A DNA stretch of 63,837 nucleotides, filler included, from Guillardia theta CCMP2712 (taxonomy: Eukaryota > Protista > Cryptophyta), in the NCBI RefSeq assembly GCF_000315625.1. It is 6 parts of 6 records of this genome, joined end to end, with 100 filler letters (N's around TTAATTAATTAA, not from the genome) between each part and the next. Parts side by side here need not be neighbours in the genome. Positions count along the whole stretch, not along the records: positions 1 to 21,335 come from NW_005434578.1; 5 more parts are not named here. The stretch is one strand, 5' to 3'. Shown piece after piece: positions 1-15,522 of this stretch. The notes under the pieces are model-generated. The model was not told where the DNA came from. It did no database searches and saw nothing but the letters and a program-made list of their open reading frames with translations. Every line of letters starts with the position of its first letter. Position 1 is the first letter of the stretch. The translations under genes and the position numbers were made by a program.

Positions 1-168
1 AGAGTCAAACTGAAATGTTTTTCTTAAGGAACCGAAAGGAACCTCACAGAAGGAAAAAACTCTTTAATATAAGGAACCGCCTTTGAGGCTAAAAAGGGAG
101 ATGAAATGGTTTGGAGCATCAGTAAGGAAGACAGGAAAAGGAGGGAGGGAGGGAGGGAGGGAGAAGGG

Positions 169-321
169 GAGCTGAAGAGACAGTGAAGAACAAGGTCGAT
201 AATGCATGTGATGTATGGGGAGCTGAAGAGACAGTGAAGAACAAGGTCGATGATGCATGTGATGTATGGAGAGCTGAAGAGACAGTGAAGAACAAGGTCG
301 ATAATGCATGTGATGTATGGA
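169..321. repeat. 51-bp tandem repeat, 3 copies
   Basis: Unit GAGCTGAAGAGACAGTGAAGAACAAGGTCGATAATGCATGTGATGTATGGR starts at 169, 220 and 271. Confidence 0.95.
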
Positions 322-1363
322 GCATGCCAGTGAGGCTGAAAGGCAAGGTTAGTGGCAGTCAAGGTGAGGAAAAATGGAGTGGGCGATAGGGAGCTGAGCA
401 GAACGAAAGATGGAGGTAAGAAGAGAAGAAACGAAAGTCATCAGCCTTCAGACTGCTGCTGATAAACTGATTGATGCATGCATGCCTCTTTGTTTAAAGA
501 TTGTCAGAATCTCCTGACAATCTCGACTCTACCCGTTCTGTAGTTTGTTCCATTATCCTGACCTGTGACTCATTTCAGATGTTCGCATCGATCAGAGAAT
601 TTGTTTCTCTCCAGGAGTCCTTCGGTTCACATTCTTTCTCATGCACCATGCAGCTGATGATGTGAACTTGCAGGGCCCTCCTTCACTGCTCTCTCCTCTG
701 CTGACGACCTCTTCAAGACTGCGGCGACATTGAACGCAAAGGTTTCATGCCAGTCAGCACTGCGCCCGAGTCATTCTGCTACAGGCGAAGGATCTCTATC
801 AATCGGCTCAGGACACTTACTTCCAGGCAAACCAGCAGGTCGCCTTCGAGCAGTACAAGAGCGGAGTGCAAGTAGGTGAGGACGTGTACGAGTTGGCGTT
901 TGACTTTGATGCAAGGAGTGGGATCATTACTTTAACCGCCCGGATGAGTACTGATGACGTTTCTCCCTCTTTTCTCTTTCCATATGTTCTCTGCTGGATT
1001 GAGTGTTTTGTTTCGTGTTGGTTGAGAAGAGAATTGTTTGTCTGCTGGAAAATTTTGTAAGTTGAGAGTGAACGAGAATGAAAATCTGAGAGGTGTTATG
1101 AACCCTGAATATATAAGAGATCCAATGAAGGCTGAGGCAACGATTGTGCAGAATGCAAGTCAGTCAGATAGTATGGCCGTTGTCTGGTTCCATACTTTGG
1201 CTTGTGACAATTGTACGGGTAAACTTGCGAATGTTGAGCTTTGATTTGGTATATTTAATTCAAGTGGTCTAGGAAGTTTAGTCTAGTTAAGGGAGGAAAC
1301 GAAGAGATGACACTCGTACTTGTCAGCAACACATACAGCAGGTCCATCCGACCGTCAGCGAGC

Positions 1364-3876
1364 TTAAATCCCGTGCTGAAGTTTCACCACAAAAGTTTGC
1401 GGAGTGCTCATTTCGTCCCACATCTTCGCCACTGCCTGCCAGTCTCTCCCTGCAGACTCGCCGGCCGCGTGCAGCGACTGAGCGTTGGGCTTTCCGTCCA
1501 AGCAGGAAGGCGAAGGGCTGGAGCCCTTGACGTGGCTGCACTGCTTGACCTTGCGGGGGACTCCAAACTCTTGGAGGTAGAGCTTGAGGCGAAGATGATT
1601 AATCAGCTTCTGCTTCGCATTCAGCTGCCTCAGGCTCGGCTGTCCTCTTCTCGCCCTTGACAATCGATCGGCCAGCGACGTGGATGCAACGGCGAGCTTG
1701 AAGGCGCCGGGACGATGGCGAGAAGAGACGATGAGCATTTTCAAGGTGTCGCACATTGCCTTCTGATCATTCACAACTTGGGTTGCGTGGGCAGAGTCTA
1801 GCGACTTGCCCGCGATGCAAGACTTGAACGCGTCCCATCTGCGAACATAATTCCTGATCTTGACATAATGCTGCTTGTGCAGGGAGATGCTCGTCGAGTC
1901 CTTGTTGCTGTGCTCAGTTGCTCGCTCGGTCACCTTTGCGGGCATCTTCAAGTTCTTGGCTTGTGCAGCAGCAGAGGATGGCGCAGGAGCCTTGAAAGGA
2001 GCGACTGGCTGTTGCTGAGGAGACTTTGAGTTGGTCTGCTCCTCCTTGAGGTCTCGAAAGACTTTCAACTTGGAGTCTAAAGTCTTAGCGAGAGACTTGG
2101 CAGCTTTCTCGTCTGGGATGTAGTTGGTGATGAACTTCTGCAGCTGCTTCTGCTCCTCTTGAGCGACATGAGGGCTCTTGCTGACTTTCTTCTCAGCGGA
2201 AGCTGGAGGTTTGAGGTGCGAGATAGACTTCAATGTAGCGCAATCTTCATCACTGGTACACATCCGACCAGCTCGAGATCGCAGCTTCCTGATGCGCCGG
2301 TCGAGGTCCTCGCCTGCAGCACGATCAACAAAACGCAACAACAAAAGCAACACTCACTTGTTTGTGCCATGCCCATGCCTGGGAAGCGCGATGGTGGCCG
2401 AGAAGTGAAAGTCTTCCAATAGCTCTGAAGCATTCCGAACGAAGGCGAATAATCTGAGGGCAGGTACAAAGACTGTATCCTTCCCTGGAGCGACGCGTGC
2501 ACAAAATTCTTTATGAGCTTTGCTCGCTGAGCATCAACCAGCTGCTGCTCGTGGTCGAGTTGCATCTCTCGCAACAAAAACTTCTCCCACCGATCGGTCA
2601 GTGAGGTCCATTCTACCTCTCGCTTGGAGCTCTCATGGGCCTCCTCCACCTGAGGGGCGGGGGGCTTGGTTGCAGCTGCCTTGGCAGGGGAAGCCGTCGT
2701 GGGCTTCACCTTGACATCAGTCTTGGCGGGAGCCAAGGAAGTCTGGTGAGGCTTGGAGAAAGCGGATGATCCTTTGGAGAGAGCGAAGTCCTTCTCTGCG
2801 CTGAGAACTAACCCTCGCATGATCATCTCCCGAGGTGAAGCCGCTGAGGGCGAAAGTCAATTCCGAACTTGGCGAGAGAAACCTCACCATGATGCATCTT
2901 CATTGCTGCACGGTAGGACTTGAGAAAGCTCTTTCCGTCATCAAGATCGTTCGCAAAGTTAGCAACAGGCGAATCCTCTTGCCTCAGCTTGGATCCAGGT
3001 TGCTGAACCTTGACCTTGACATCTTCCTCCCACAAGCTCTCAGCAGCTTTCCATCCCCTTAGGCTCCCATGGAGCTGCACAAAGTTAATCATAGCGTGGA
3101 GATATTTTTGTCGAGCCCGATCGAATAGATCCTTTGATGTCTCTGCACTTCTGCCTGTGATCAAGTACGTCATTGAGCAATCGCAAAATTTCTTCGCTTT
3201 CATTCGTACCTTGCAATTGCAGCAGTTTGGCTTTGTTCGCGAACTGCGAGTCCCACGTTCTCGTAAGCTGCTTCCAGTTCTTCATCGTGGGCTTGTTTGC
3301 TCGATCAAAGTAGGTGAATGCAGCTGCCAGAAGGTACGTCTTGGCCAGGTTTGTTCCATCCGCCTGCAGACTAGACCCCCCGTGGGAAGGAGCTTTGTCC
3401 GCAATGCTGGGCCGATTGTACCAGTACTCCCATTCCTGCTGTCCTCTCTTCCAATCTTCATATGAAGCCTGCGAATTCGCCTGCCAGTACGCCTCTTGAG
3501 CTTTGTGGTAGTACTCCCTGGCTTCATTCTCATACTCCTCGGCCTGTTTGTACATGTCTTGCGCTTCCTGGCTGTAGAGAGTTTGGTGTGCGAGTTGCCT
3601 ATTCGATTGCCTTTCAAGCAGCAGCTTTTTCTTGAGGTCTTCTTCCTGCACTTGCAACCTCAACAGCCTCACCCTTTCTTTCACCACCTGCTCCTGCGAC
3701 TTGAGGGTCTGGACAACCTTCCCTTCATCCCCGTGAGAGAGACGGCGAGCATTCTGATATGGCTCGAGGAGAGAAATTTTGTCTCTCCTCCAACGAGCCA
3801 TGCTGACGAGAATGGCAGCGGCTAACCCTGCCATCGCCGCCAACCCTGTTCCCCGCCATCCTGTCCGCCGCACCAT
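1364..3876 (-). CDS. Multi-exon hypothetical protein with an N-terminal TM/signal anchor and coiled coil
   Basis: Chain of overlapping long minus-strand ORFs (3085-3876, 2823-3203, 2230-2826, 1364-2353). Hydrophobic N-terminus LAAMAGLAAAILVSM. Exon borders not resolved. Confidence 0.6.
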
Positions 3877-4515
3877 GAAGAGTCGGACGTTACCTAAACC
3901 GCTGGTTTACCACTGAGTTTAGAGTAGTGCTTAGCTAAACCGTTGAACCGCTTGGCACTACAGTACGCCGGCGGCCCCGGCGTCCGAGTCCATCCGTCAC
4001 CGGGCCGCGGGCGGATTTTACTCAAAGCGGATCGTCTCGCCGGGCCGGGAGTCGCGAGTACTGATTTTTAATTGAGTACTGATTTTTAACTTAACTTTGA
4101 GTAAAGAAGTTGAGTAAACGTCGAGTGGTGTACCGGTAGTCCTCGTACAGAGGAATAATGTTTAGTCAACCTAAAATGACCCTTCAAAGCTGACCCTTCA
4201 ATCTACTATCCCCAATGATACCACCCACCCCTTTGTAGACCCCCACCCCGTTGATGACACCACCCTCCCCTTGCTAAAAAATAGGTCGTTGCTTCGGAAG
4301 GAATTGCAGGGTAGAAAAATTGCTGGTTGCATAAAAAGAGGGGGTAGGGTAGTCTCAGATGGAGGGTGAATTGGCATGGGGTGATGCCAAGCGGTGCCAG
4401 AAATGTAGTAAAAGAAAACTTAAGGGGTGGAGGGGGTCAGGCCTAATGTGATGAGGGGGTGGATCTGGGCTATGGCAGGGGTGGGTCATCCGGATTTGGA
4501 ACAGCGACGCTGGTG

Positions 4516-7500
4516 ATGGCGGCGGTTCAAGTGGCAGGAATGGCGCTGATGCCGCGACAGGTACGTCAGCTCTCATGCTAACGCCTTCTCTATATAGATT
4601 GCACTGCAATATCTGATGCCATCAAAGCTAAATCTATATGTTGTCATGGTAGTGAATGCTGCAAACTTTGGGATAGTTTCCTTTGCGACCTCAACTATGA
4701 GCTCGTGATTGCATATGCATTTCATGGCTCTTTGGTGAAACACCTCAATGACAGAGTTAAATCCCACCTGTTCAATTTGATTTGAAGTGGTTGAACTGTT
4801 TTGGCTGATTTCTAGCCCTGACTCTTGTGATTTCTATAGCGGGTCGGATTGTCCAAGCAAGCAGCCGTGTTGCTTGGTCTTATCGCTTGTACCTTCTTTG
4901 TGGCTACAGTCTATGATCATGTATCCACGCGCGGCTCTACAGTTGAGTTGTTGACAGCCAAGGCTGGGTCGAAGGCTCGTGTTGCTGCCACCGTGCACAA
5001 GAAACTTGGAGCTGCCTCCCACCCTGTTTTGTCTGCAGGGACCAAGCCAGTCGCTAAAGCATCCCAGTTGGCAGAAGGGGAGGAAGCTGCAGAGGCTGCT
5101 CCTGCTCAAGGAGCGGAGACTGAGCCCAAGGGAAATGAGTACGTTGTGGAGAACAACGAGGGCGCCGTTGCTGGAGCTTCCGCAATCATTTTCGTTTGCG
5201 GCGCTATTGGTATCGCTTTTGCCGTTTTTCTCTTCTACACAGTCTCCCAGATCAGCCTTGACTCATCAGGAGCTGGAGAGACTGAACAGCTGGTTGCGGC
5301 ATCTAAGGCGAGTGATGAGGAGCTCAAGACTATCTATGAAACCATCCAAGAGGGTGCTAAATCTTTCCTTTGGGCGGAGTATCGAATCTGCTTTGTTTTC
5401 ATTGTTTGCTTCTCTATCCTTATCTTCATCCTTGTATCGCACACGACTGAGGGCAACGAAGCTGTCTGGCGGTGGAACATTGGAGGCCTTACTGCTCTTT
5501 CCTTTGTCGTTGGTGGTCTCACCTCGATCCTCTCGGGTTACATTGGAATGATGGTTGCGGTGTTCGCAAATGCTCGTACCACTGTGTCTGCCAAGAAACA
5601 GGGCGAGGCTGGCTGGACTTCTGCCTTTAACACTGCGTTTCGTGCCGGAGGTGTCATGGGTTACTCATTGGTTGCGATTTCAATGATGGTGTTGTACATC
5701 TTGGCTTTGATCTATCGCGAGATCTTCTCCAAATGGGAGGGCGGAAAGAGATCTGTCGACTACAAGAATCTGTTCGAATGCATTGCTGGCTATGGTCTTG
5801 GTGGATCTGCGATTGCGATGTTTGGGCGTGTTGGAGGTGGAATCTTTACCAAGGCTGCGGATGTCGGTGCGGATCTTTCAGGAAAGGTATCGCGATCTGA
5901 GATTTACATTGATTCGTATGTGTAATTCTTTGCTACCAGGTCATTGGAGTTGGTGATGGAAAGAAGTTGGATGAAGACTCGCCCTACAACCCCGGTGTGA
6001 TCGCCGACAACGTTGGAGACAATGTCGGTGACGTTGCGGGTATGTCTTTCTTGTTGTGTAGGCTGGGTCGCTGAGATGTTTTCCGAAAGGAATGGGTTCT
6101 GACCTTTTTGGCTCCTTTGGCGAGGCTTCTTGCGCCGCCATGCTCATTGGAGCATCATCTGTAGCGGTGAAAACATGAGCATTTGCTCCTTGACTCCTGA
6201 AACTCTTGCAGATCGAGGAGGCTGGCTGGTCTGCCTTGGTTTTCCCTCTCTACATCGCGGCATGCGGCATTGTCGTCTGCTTGTTGACATCATTCGTCGC
6301 CACGGATCTGTGAGTCATTCCTTGATGTCAGACTTTTCCATAACTGGCGTACGCAGGATGCCGGTGAAGAAGGAGGAAGACATCGAAGTCGCCCTGAAAG
6401 TTCAGCTGTTCCTGACTTCCCTTCTTATGACCTTTGCTCTGTCAGTGTGGATGATGCATGGCATGGCGACTGACCTAATTGTTCAGGTTTCCCATCACCA
6501 CCATTTTCCTTCCATCAGAGATCCAGATCATGGGAGTTCCTGAGCCTGTACGCCCCTCGCCTTCTACTGATTCGTTGTCACTAATTTACATTAGGCCTCT
6601 TCGTTTGTGTGCTATATCTGCATCGTTGCTGGGCTTTGGGGTGGATGCGCGATCGGCTTCATCACCGAGTACTACACGTCTCACTCGTACCAACCTGTCC
6701 GCGACGTTGCACGAGCATCCGAGACAGGAGCTGCTACCAATATCATCTACGGCTTGGCACTTGGCTATCAGTCTGCCATCATTCCGGTGGTGATCATTTC
6801 TTTCATCATCTTCACCTCCTTCAAGTTTGCTGGAATGTATGGTGTTGCTCTGGCTGCGTTGGGAATGCTTTCTACTCTCGCTACCTGCTTGGCCATCGAT
6901 GTGTACGGACCGATCTCCGACAACGCCGGTGGTATCGCGGAAATGTGTGAGCTTCCCTCTGAGGTTCGCGACAAGACGGATGCCCTCGATGCTGCTGGAA
7001 ACACCACTGCCGCTATCGGAAAAGGTTTCGCAATCGGCTCAGCTGCTTTGGTTTCCCTTGCGCTTTTCGGAGCCTTTGTGACCAGGTGCTCTGCTTCGAT
7101 GGATGCTCAGAATGCCCTTACAGTCAAGGGAGTCAACCTGCTGTCCCCTGTTGTCTTCGCCTTCATCCTCTTCGGAGCCATGATCCCCTACTGGTTCTCA
7201 GCGCTCACGATGAGGTCTGTTGGTGAGGCTGCCAACGCCATGGTTAAGGAGATCGCCCGCCAGTGGGCCGAGATCCCTGGGCTGTCAGACATTGCTGGAT
7301 TGGACTTCCATGAGCGACAGGTAGAGTGAGCTTTCATAATGCATCATTGATGAATTTGTGTTTCAGGAATTCAAGGCCAAGCACAAGGAGGTGGTCGTTC
7401 CGGAATACGACAAGTGCATTAGCATTGCCACCAACTCGTCGCTGAAGGAGATGATTGCTCCTGGACTCCTCGTCATCCTCAGCCCCATCCTTGTTGGATC

Positions 7501-8071
7501 TTTCTGCGGTGTGGAGGCTGTTGCTGGTCTGCTCACAGGTGCCATCGTCTCGTCTGTTCAGTTGGCCATCTCCATGTCGAACACGGGAGGTGCTTGGGAC
7601 AACGCCAAGAAGTACACGGAGAAGGGAGAACTCAACGGCTGGTTTCCCTTCCGTGACGGCAGCTCAATCGATGATGAGAAGTTCAAAGCTGCTGCTGAGG
7701 CGAACAGTGGAGACAAGGCTGTGCGTCAGCCGAAGGGAGGGTATGGCTCTACTGAGGAGCACGTGTCAGTCAAGACGTGGCTCGCTGAGCTGGAGAAGTC
7801 TGATCCCTCCAGGTATCAGAAGATTATGTCCGGAGATGAGCCTGTGGTCACGACTGATGGACGCAAGTGCATCTATGCCGGCAAGAAGTCCAACGTGCAT
7901 GCGGCAGCAGTTGTTGGCGACACTGTCGGCGACCCTTTGAAGGACACCTCAGGACCTGCTCTTAACATCGTGATGAAGTTGATGGCCATCATCTCTGTTG
8001 TCTTTGCTGACTTCTTTATGTCCATTAACCATGGTAACGGAGTTTTCTGGACTGGAGACTTGTCGGCTTAA
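4516..8071 (+). CDS. Membrane H+-translocating inorganic pyrophosphatase (V-PPase, K+-dependent type I), multi-exon
   Basis: Motifs [56 protein letters not shown] (Ala of the K+-dependent type), [10 protein letters not shown] and [14 protein letters not shown]. Probable first exon 4516-4560 splices in phase 0 to 4840. Confidence 0.96.
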
Positions 8072-8784
8072 GTATTAGCGTAGTTGAGATCCTCGAGACC
8101 GCGGAGTCAAAGTAGATTATTGATTGAAATCCCGTTTATCTCATTTCCTTTTCTCCCTTCACCTTCTTTGCGTGTGACACCCTAGCGATCTCGCGTGACA
8201 CGCATAAGATACAAGCAAGTCTTGATGTATTTGCACAGACATGAATAGCTACTCTACACGATTTACAGGGCTGCTCCTGCATCAGGCAGAAGCAGGAAGG
8301 AGTCTTTCTCCTGGGTCACTCAGAAGCCCCATCCTGATCCTTGACCTGCAAGGAGGTGAGCAAGGAGGGACGTACAAGGCAGGAACATTTCATCGTCAAC
8401 TTCACGGTATCAACAGTGTAACTCAACACTCAGACAAATGCCTTCAAAATAATCACGAGTAGGAGGGACCCAATCCGGCGGGAATTGGAGTACACACTCC
8501 CTCATTCTCGTCATCTTGGTCTTCATCGTGATGAGTTACGTCTGCAACAAGCACAAGCACAACCGTACAAGACAAAAGACTGTAGAGCTCAAGACTTGCG
8601 GGTCAGACAATGGATATCTTTTAACGTCATCACCGTTTATCAGTCTGACGTGCAAATCAAAAGTTTTCGTCCTCATCCCCGATCAAATAGAACGAACATG
8701 AACGATGGTTACCTTGCTGCAGGATCCTTGAAAGCGACTTCTGTCTCTGGAGGAGAAAGGGACAGAGAAAGGGAATGGCAGGGG

Positions 8785-8876
8785 GGAGGGAGGGAGGGAG
8801 GGAGGGAGGGAGGGAGGGAGGGAGGGAAGGAGGGAGGGAGAGAGGGAGGGAGGGAGTGAGAGAGGGAGGGAGGGAA
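8785..8876. repeat. (GGGA)n microsatellite
   Basis: Seen directly. Confidence 0.9.
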
Positions 8877-9913
8877 GGAGAGAAGGGGGGTGGCGGAAGG
8901 GAGGGAGACTGCAGGGGGGAAAGAGATGCTGCCTGAAGAAGAGGATTTTCTCCGCTCGTGCACGTGCGACAAAGGGGATATGAGGGGGATGATCACACTC
9001 AATACCGTACGCGGCACTGGCGGCACTCAGGTCAGTGACCGGCGGGCCGGGCCGGGCCGGGCGCCGCCGGTCACCGGGTGGCACCCGGTCACGGCACCGC
9101 GGGCCGTCAGGCTGTCACCTGACGGTCGGACCGGGTGACGGTGACCGCCCGGCCGGCCGCCGGGACTGGCAAGTGAACATTACTCAAACGGGAACTGTGA
9201 GAGTCAGTCGACGGTGGCAGTACGGTACTCTGTAACAGTGTTGACAGTGAACCCGGGCCGTTCGGCGGCCTTCCGATCACAGGCGCGGCCCGGGGCTGGT
9301 GACACTGCCACGGTGAGGCTTCAACTAGTGTATACAATGTTGTCAAATAAACCTACTATGAGCTGTGTGTCGTTGAGAATAGACTGTTGAGGTGCGGAGC
9401 TGCCCTGGCCCGTTGAGACTACCCAGTGAATGGGAAGGGAAGGAACCTCAAGAACATCCGTCACTGAGGTAGATTCGCAAAAGATTGACAGGAGGATACC
9501 TTGTCTTGCTCTTGAATCGACGTGTGTTCCTGAGCCTTTTCTGCGTACTGATGGAGCAACGAGACATATTCCGAATACTCCATAATGCCTGGCAATTGGG
9601 CTCCTTTTGATTGCTCGTCATGCAAGCATGCTGTTGTTAGAGCATGTATTCTCTGAACAAACAGTGGATCCCGCAATGGCTTCAATGACCCAGACGAGCT
9701 CCTATAAAGAAGAAATATATTCAGAATATTCGATGCTTTCCTTGAACAAAGGAGTATTAAATTACCTCGACAAGCAATTTTTTAGAAGCGATGTCCACAA
9801 GTTGAAGGTTCTTGCAGAAATATCAGGTCCCTGTTCCGCAATCAAATGCAAGATATTTTCTCCTTCAACAGCAGAAATTTCAAATCTCCTGGATATCCTT
9901 TCGACAATGCATA

Positions 9914-10663
9914 TCAAGCATTCAAAATTTCATTGGGAACAAAACCATGGTTCCTCCGAAAACATTCGAATAGGTTAAAGCCATGTCTGAGGTACACAAT
10001 GGCTTGGTTTTTGTTCGATGCGTAGTTTACAGCATGCTCCAGGATATCGAAGATCAGCACGTAGTTGTCCGATGCACTAGCGCCGTCTCCATACTTGGTA
10101 ATGCAGCTCAACACTTGACGACAAGACAACAAACAGGAATCCACAAAACCGAGCAGAACAGCACTACCCGTCGAGGAGTGCTCCGTACAAGTGATAAGAT
10201 GCGGCAGATTCTCATACTGCAGCTTTGCTGCATTTCGAACTGAAGTTTCGATCGAATCCAAATAATGGCTAACGATTGCTCGATCAATTTCTCTTCCGCA
10301 GATCTTAGCTAGAAACAAAAGTTTCACAGCCATCTGCACTATGCCTTGAAGGCAGGTAGAACGTATTGACTCCGACTGATATAGCACATCTCCTTTTCTT
10401 TCCTGATAGATTCGTGGGAAATTACCGTAAAGCTTTACCAGTGTGTAGTAAAACTTGTTCGCGGACAACCCGAGTGGGCTTGTACCTTGATTTTTTGGAA
10501 TAGCTGTAATATGAAACGGCTTAATGTCTGAAGCCTTTGAGTTTATAAGATGAATGTCCCTCGCGAACATCCGTTTGTGAAATTTGAGCAACATCAATTC
10601 TTGACTCACAAATCGTTCGAGGGATTCCTCAGCGCTGTTTCCCTCCCAGAGGACAGTGTTCAT
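9914..10663 (-). CDS. Probable exon of a hypothetical protein; the gene likely extends on both sides
   Basis: 249-aa ORF of ordinary composition with no recognised motif. Confidence 0.4.
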   Translation of the reverse strand: MNTVLWEGNSAEESLERFVSQELMLLKFHKRMFARDIHLINSKASDIKPFHITAIPKNQGTSPLGLSANKFYYTLVKLYGNFPRIYQERKGDVLYQSESIRSTCLQGIVQMAVKLLFLAKICGREIDRAIVSHYLDSIETSVRNAAKLQYENLPHLITCTEHSSTGSAVLLGFVDSCLLSCRQVLSCITKYGDGASASDNYVLIFDILEHAVNYASNKNQAIVYLRHGFNLFECFRRNHGFVPNEILNA

Positions 10664-11854
10664 GAAAAGATCCGCGTTCCTGTCGCCATGTCACGCGCTC
10701 TGACTAAAGACGAATCACAGTGATTCATGGTCGGCACACCTACTGCTGTGAGCACATGCTTCATTCAACATCTGCAGATTATCCACCTTGGGTTCACGAG
10801 CTCGATCATCGAAGATGGCTGTTGCAAGGGATAGTTAGCGTCGCATCAATCAACTTCCGAGGCATCACATGCGTCGTCTGCCATCCTCCTTCTCTTTGCG
10901 CCCTGTTGGTCCACGACATGGCCAGCAACATGGTTGGATGTTGTCTTGAAAGAAGGATGGAAGGAGTTTTCATCTGTATACCACCGCAACACAAGGATGA
11001 CGAGTTACGACCAGGCTGACCTCGAAGATGTAAACACGCTCACCATAACCAAACACCGAAGCTTGCATTCCAAGGAGAAGGAACAACGCGCAGCACGGAT
11101 ACGAAGTCATCTATCCTGGTAACTTCCGTTGTGCATGGCCGTAGCAGAACACGCCTTTACCTCTCCGTTCACCTCCCCTACCTGGCATCCGCATCGTTGG
11201 GAGTTCCGGAAAATTTAGTAAAAATATTTGTACTAGTAGTGGTGGAATCGGGGAGGAAACAACTGTGGCAGAAGGAAATGGAGATGGAGGGAGCGAAAGA
11301 CGCGGACGGAGATCAAGAAAGTCAAGAAGACAATGACAGAGACAGTGATAAGATATTGAGAATAGTTTTAGACTGTGATGAGAGATTGAGAATGTTTTTG
11401 ATAGTGAGAGATGGAGATGGAGTTGTGTGTGAGAAAAACACAAACGCGAGAAGAAGCACCCGTCGATTCAACGAGAAGCGAAAAGAAACAGTAGTGGATA
11501 TATTATTCTCAAGCTCTAGATAAACTTCCAAGTCGGCAAGAAATCTTATCCCGAAACTTTATTGGCTGCTACAACGAAATACTTTTGCTCGCTTGCTCAA
11601 GGCCATTCACGAAGAAGCCAAGAGACTCGTACGGAGTTTGTACGAGCCGTCTTATGGCCCTGGATGATTCACATGCGATAAACAGACAATAACAAAACCA
11701 TCGTATATCTTCGTCTGCAAGAGGCTGCTAAAACAGCAAGCAGCAACACATGAAGGATAATGGCAAGGAGTGATTTGATGAACAAAAAGACCTTGTTGTA
11801 ATTATCAGTTGCCCTCCACTTCTGCATCTTGACTCTCGTCGGAGAAAGTCTGAG

Positions 11855-12370
11855 CTCTCAAGATCTCTCTTCTCTTCTCTCAAGATCTCTCTTCTCTTCT
11901 CTCAAGATCTCTCTTCTCTTCTCTCAAGATCTCTCTTCTCTTCTCTCAAGATCTCTCTTCTCTTCTCTCAAGATCTCTCTTCTCTTCTCTCAAGATCTCT
12001 CTTCTCTTCTCTCAAGATCTCTCTTCTCTTCTCTCAAGATCTCTCTTCTCTTCTCTCAAGATCTCTCTTCTCTTCTCTCAAGATCTCTCTTCTCTTCTCG
12101 CAAGATCTCTCTTCTCTTCTCGCAAGATCTCTCTTCTCTCAAGATCTCTCTTCTCTTCTCTCAAGATCTCGCTTCTCTTCTCTCAAGATCTCTCTTCTCT
12201 TCTCTCAAGATCTCTCTTCTCTTCTCTCAAGATCTCTCTTCTCTTCTCGCAAGATCTCTCTTCTCTTCTCGCAAGATCTCTCTTCTCTTCTCGCAAGATC
12301 TCTCTTCTCTTCTCTCAAGATCTCTCCTCTCTTCTCTCAAGATCTCTCTTCTCGCAAGATCTCTCTTCTC
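11855..12370. repeat. 22-bp minisatellite (CAAGATCTCTCTTCTCTTCTCT)n, roughly 23 copies
   Basis: Seen directly. Pyrimidine-rich unit with an AGATCT palindromic core. Confidence 0.95.
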
Positions 12371-13291
12371 TGAAGCCTGGAAAAAGCTTCACCTTCCAAA
12401 GACGAGTGACATCCAGCACAATTCCTAGCCCATTTCTGACTTTTCTTTTCGGGCTTTCAACAACCTGTTTCTCATGTTGAGCCACGACAACTTCTGGCAT
12501 CAATCTATACACACACTTATGTTCTCATGTGCAAACTCATGTCCTCTTGTACTCATTCAACCTCGGGTGCGTAACTGCTTCACTGTATCGCATCGCACAA
12601 CCTGTCAGCGTCGCATTTCTTCGTTCCTTCGATTCTTGTATTGACTCTGGTTCCTCGTTCTTTCTACCACCCTACCCCCTGTATTGTGGTTCTGATCGGT
12701 TAAACTGGACCACATGTACTCCCACTACCCCCTTTTGTACGAAAGTGTTTGGGAGGACCACCCCAAATTCTGAAATGACATACCCCACCCTGCCAAATTG
12801 ATCTCCCAGCCCTACCCACCCTGATGATTGGCAGAGGCCCGTGGAAGCCGCGCGTTAGCGTTGGATCCATGGAATGAGAGGCGGCGCTGCAGCAGAGGGG
12901 GGGGGAAGAAATGAGAGGGAAGCGCCTCCATGGGGGAATGACGGAGATCCATCATTGCTGTGTGAGGAGAGATCTTACTTCCGAACCTGCAGCAGCGGCA
13001 GCAGCAGCGGCAGCAGAAGCCGCTGAGCAGCAGCAGCCGCTGAGCAGCAGCAGCGGCAGCAGCGGCAGCAGCGGGAGCAGAGGGAACAGCGTCACTCATT
13101 GAAGTAGCAAGAAATTTAGGCGTGCAAGGAAGGACCACGGAGGAAAGTTCTCCTCCAAGAAAGTTGTGATATCTTTTTCATACAAGAAGAGGGAGATACT
13201 GTTTGTTAAAAACAAAGGGAAGCATTATAGGAATCACCAGTTTTCATAGGTCACTGACTGTAACGGCTGACTGATAACTTGTGAAAATTAG

Positions 13292-15441
<2,150 letters not shown>

Positions 15442-15522
15442 TCTGGGATCCTCAAGCAACAATAAACAAATAATTTCCTATTGTCATTCCATCTGGAGTG
15501 TTAAGGGGATCTCCTGATACTT

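Noticed and set aside
11829-12428. 199-aa Ser/Leu-rich ORF
   Set aside because: Translation of the 22-bp minisatellite.
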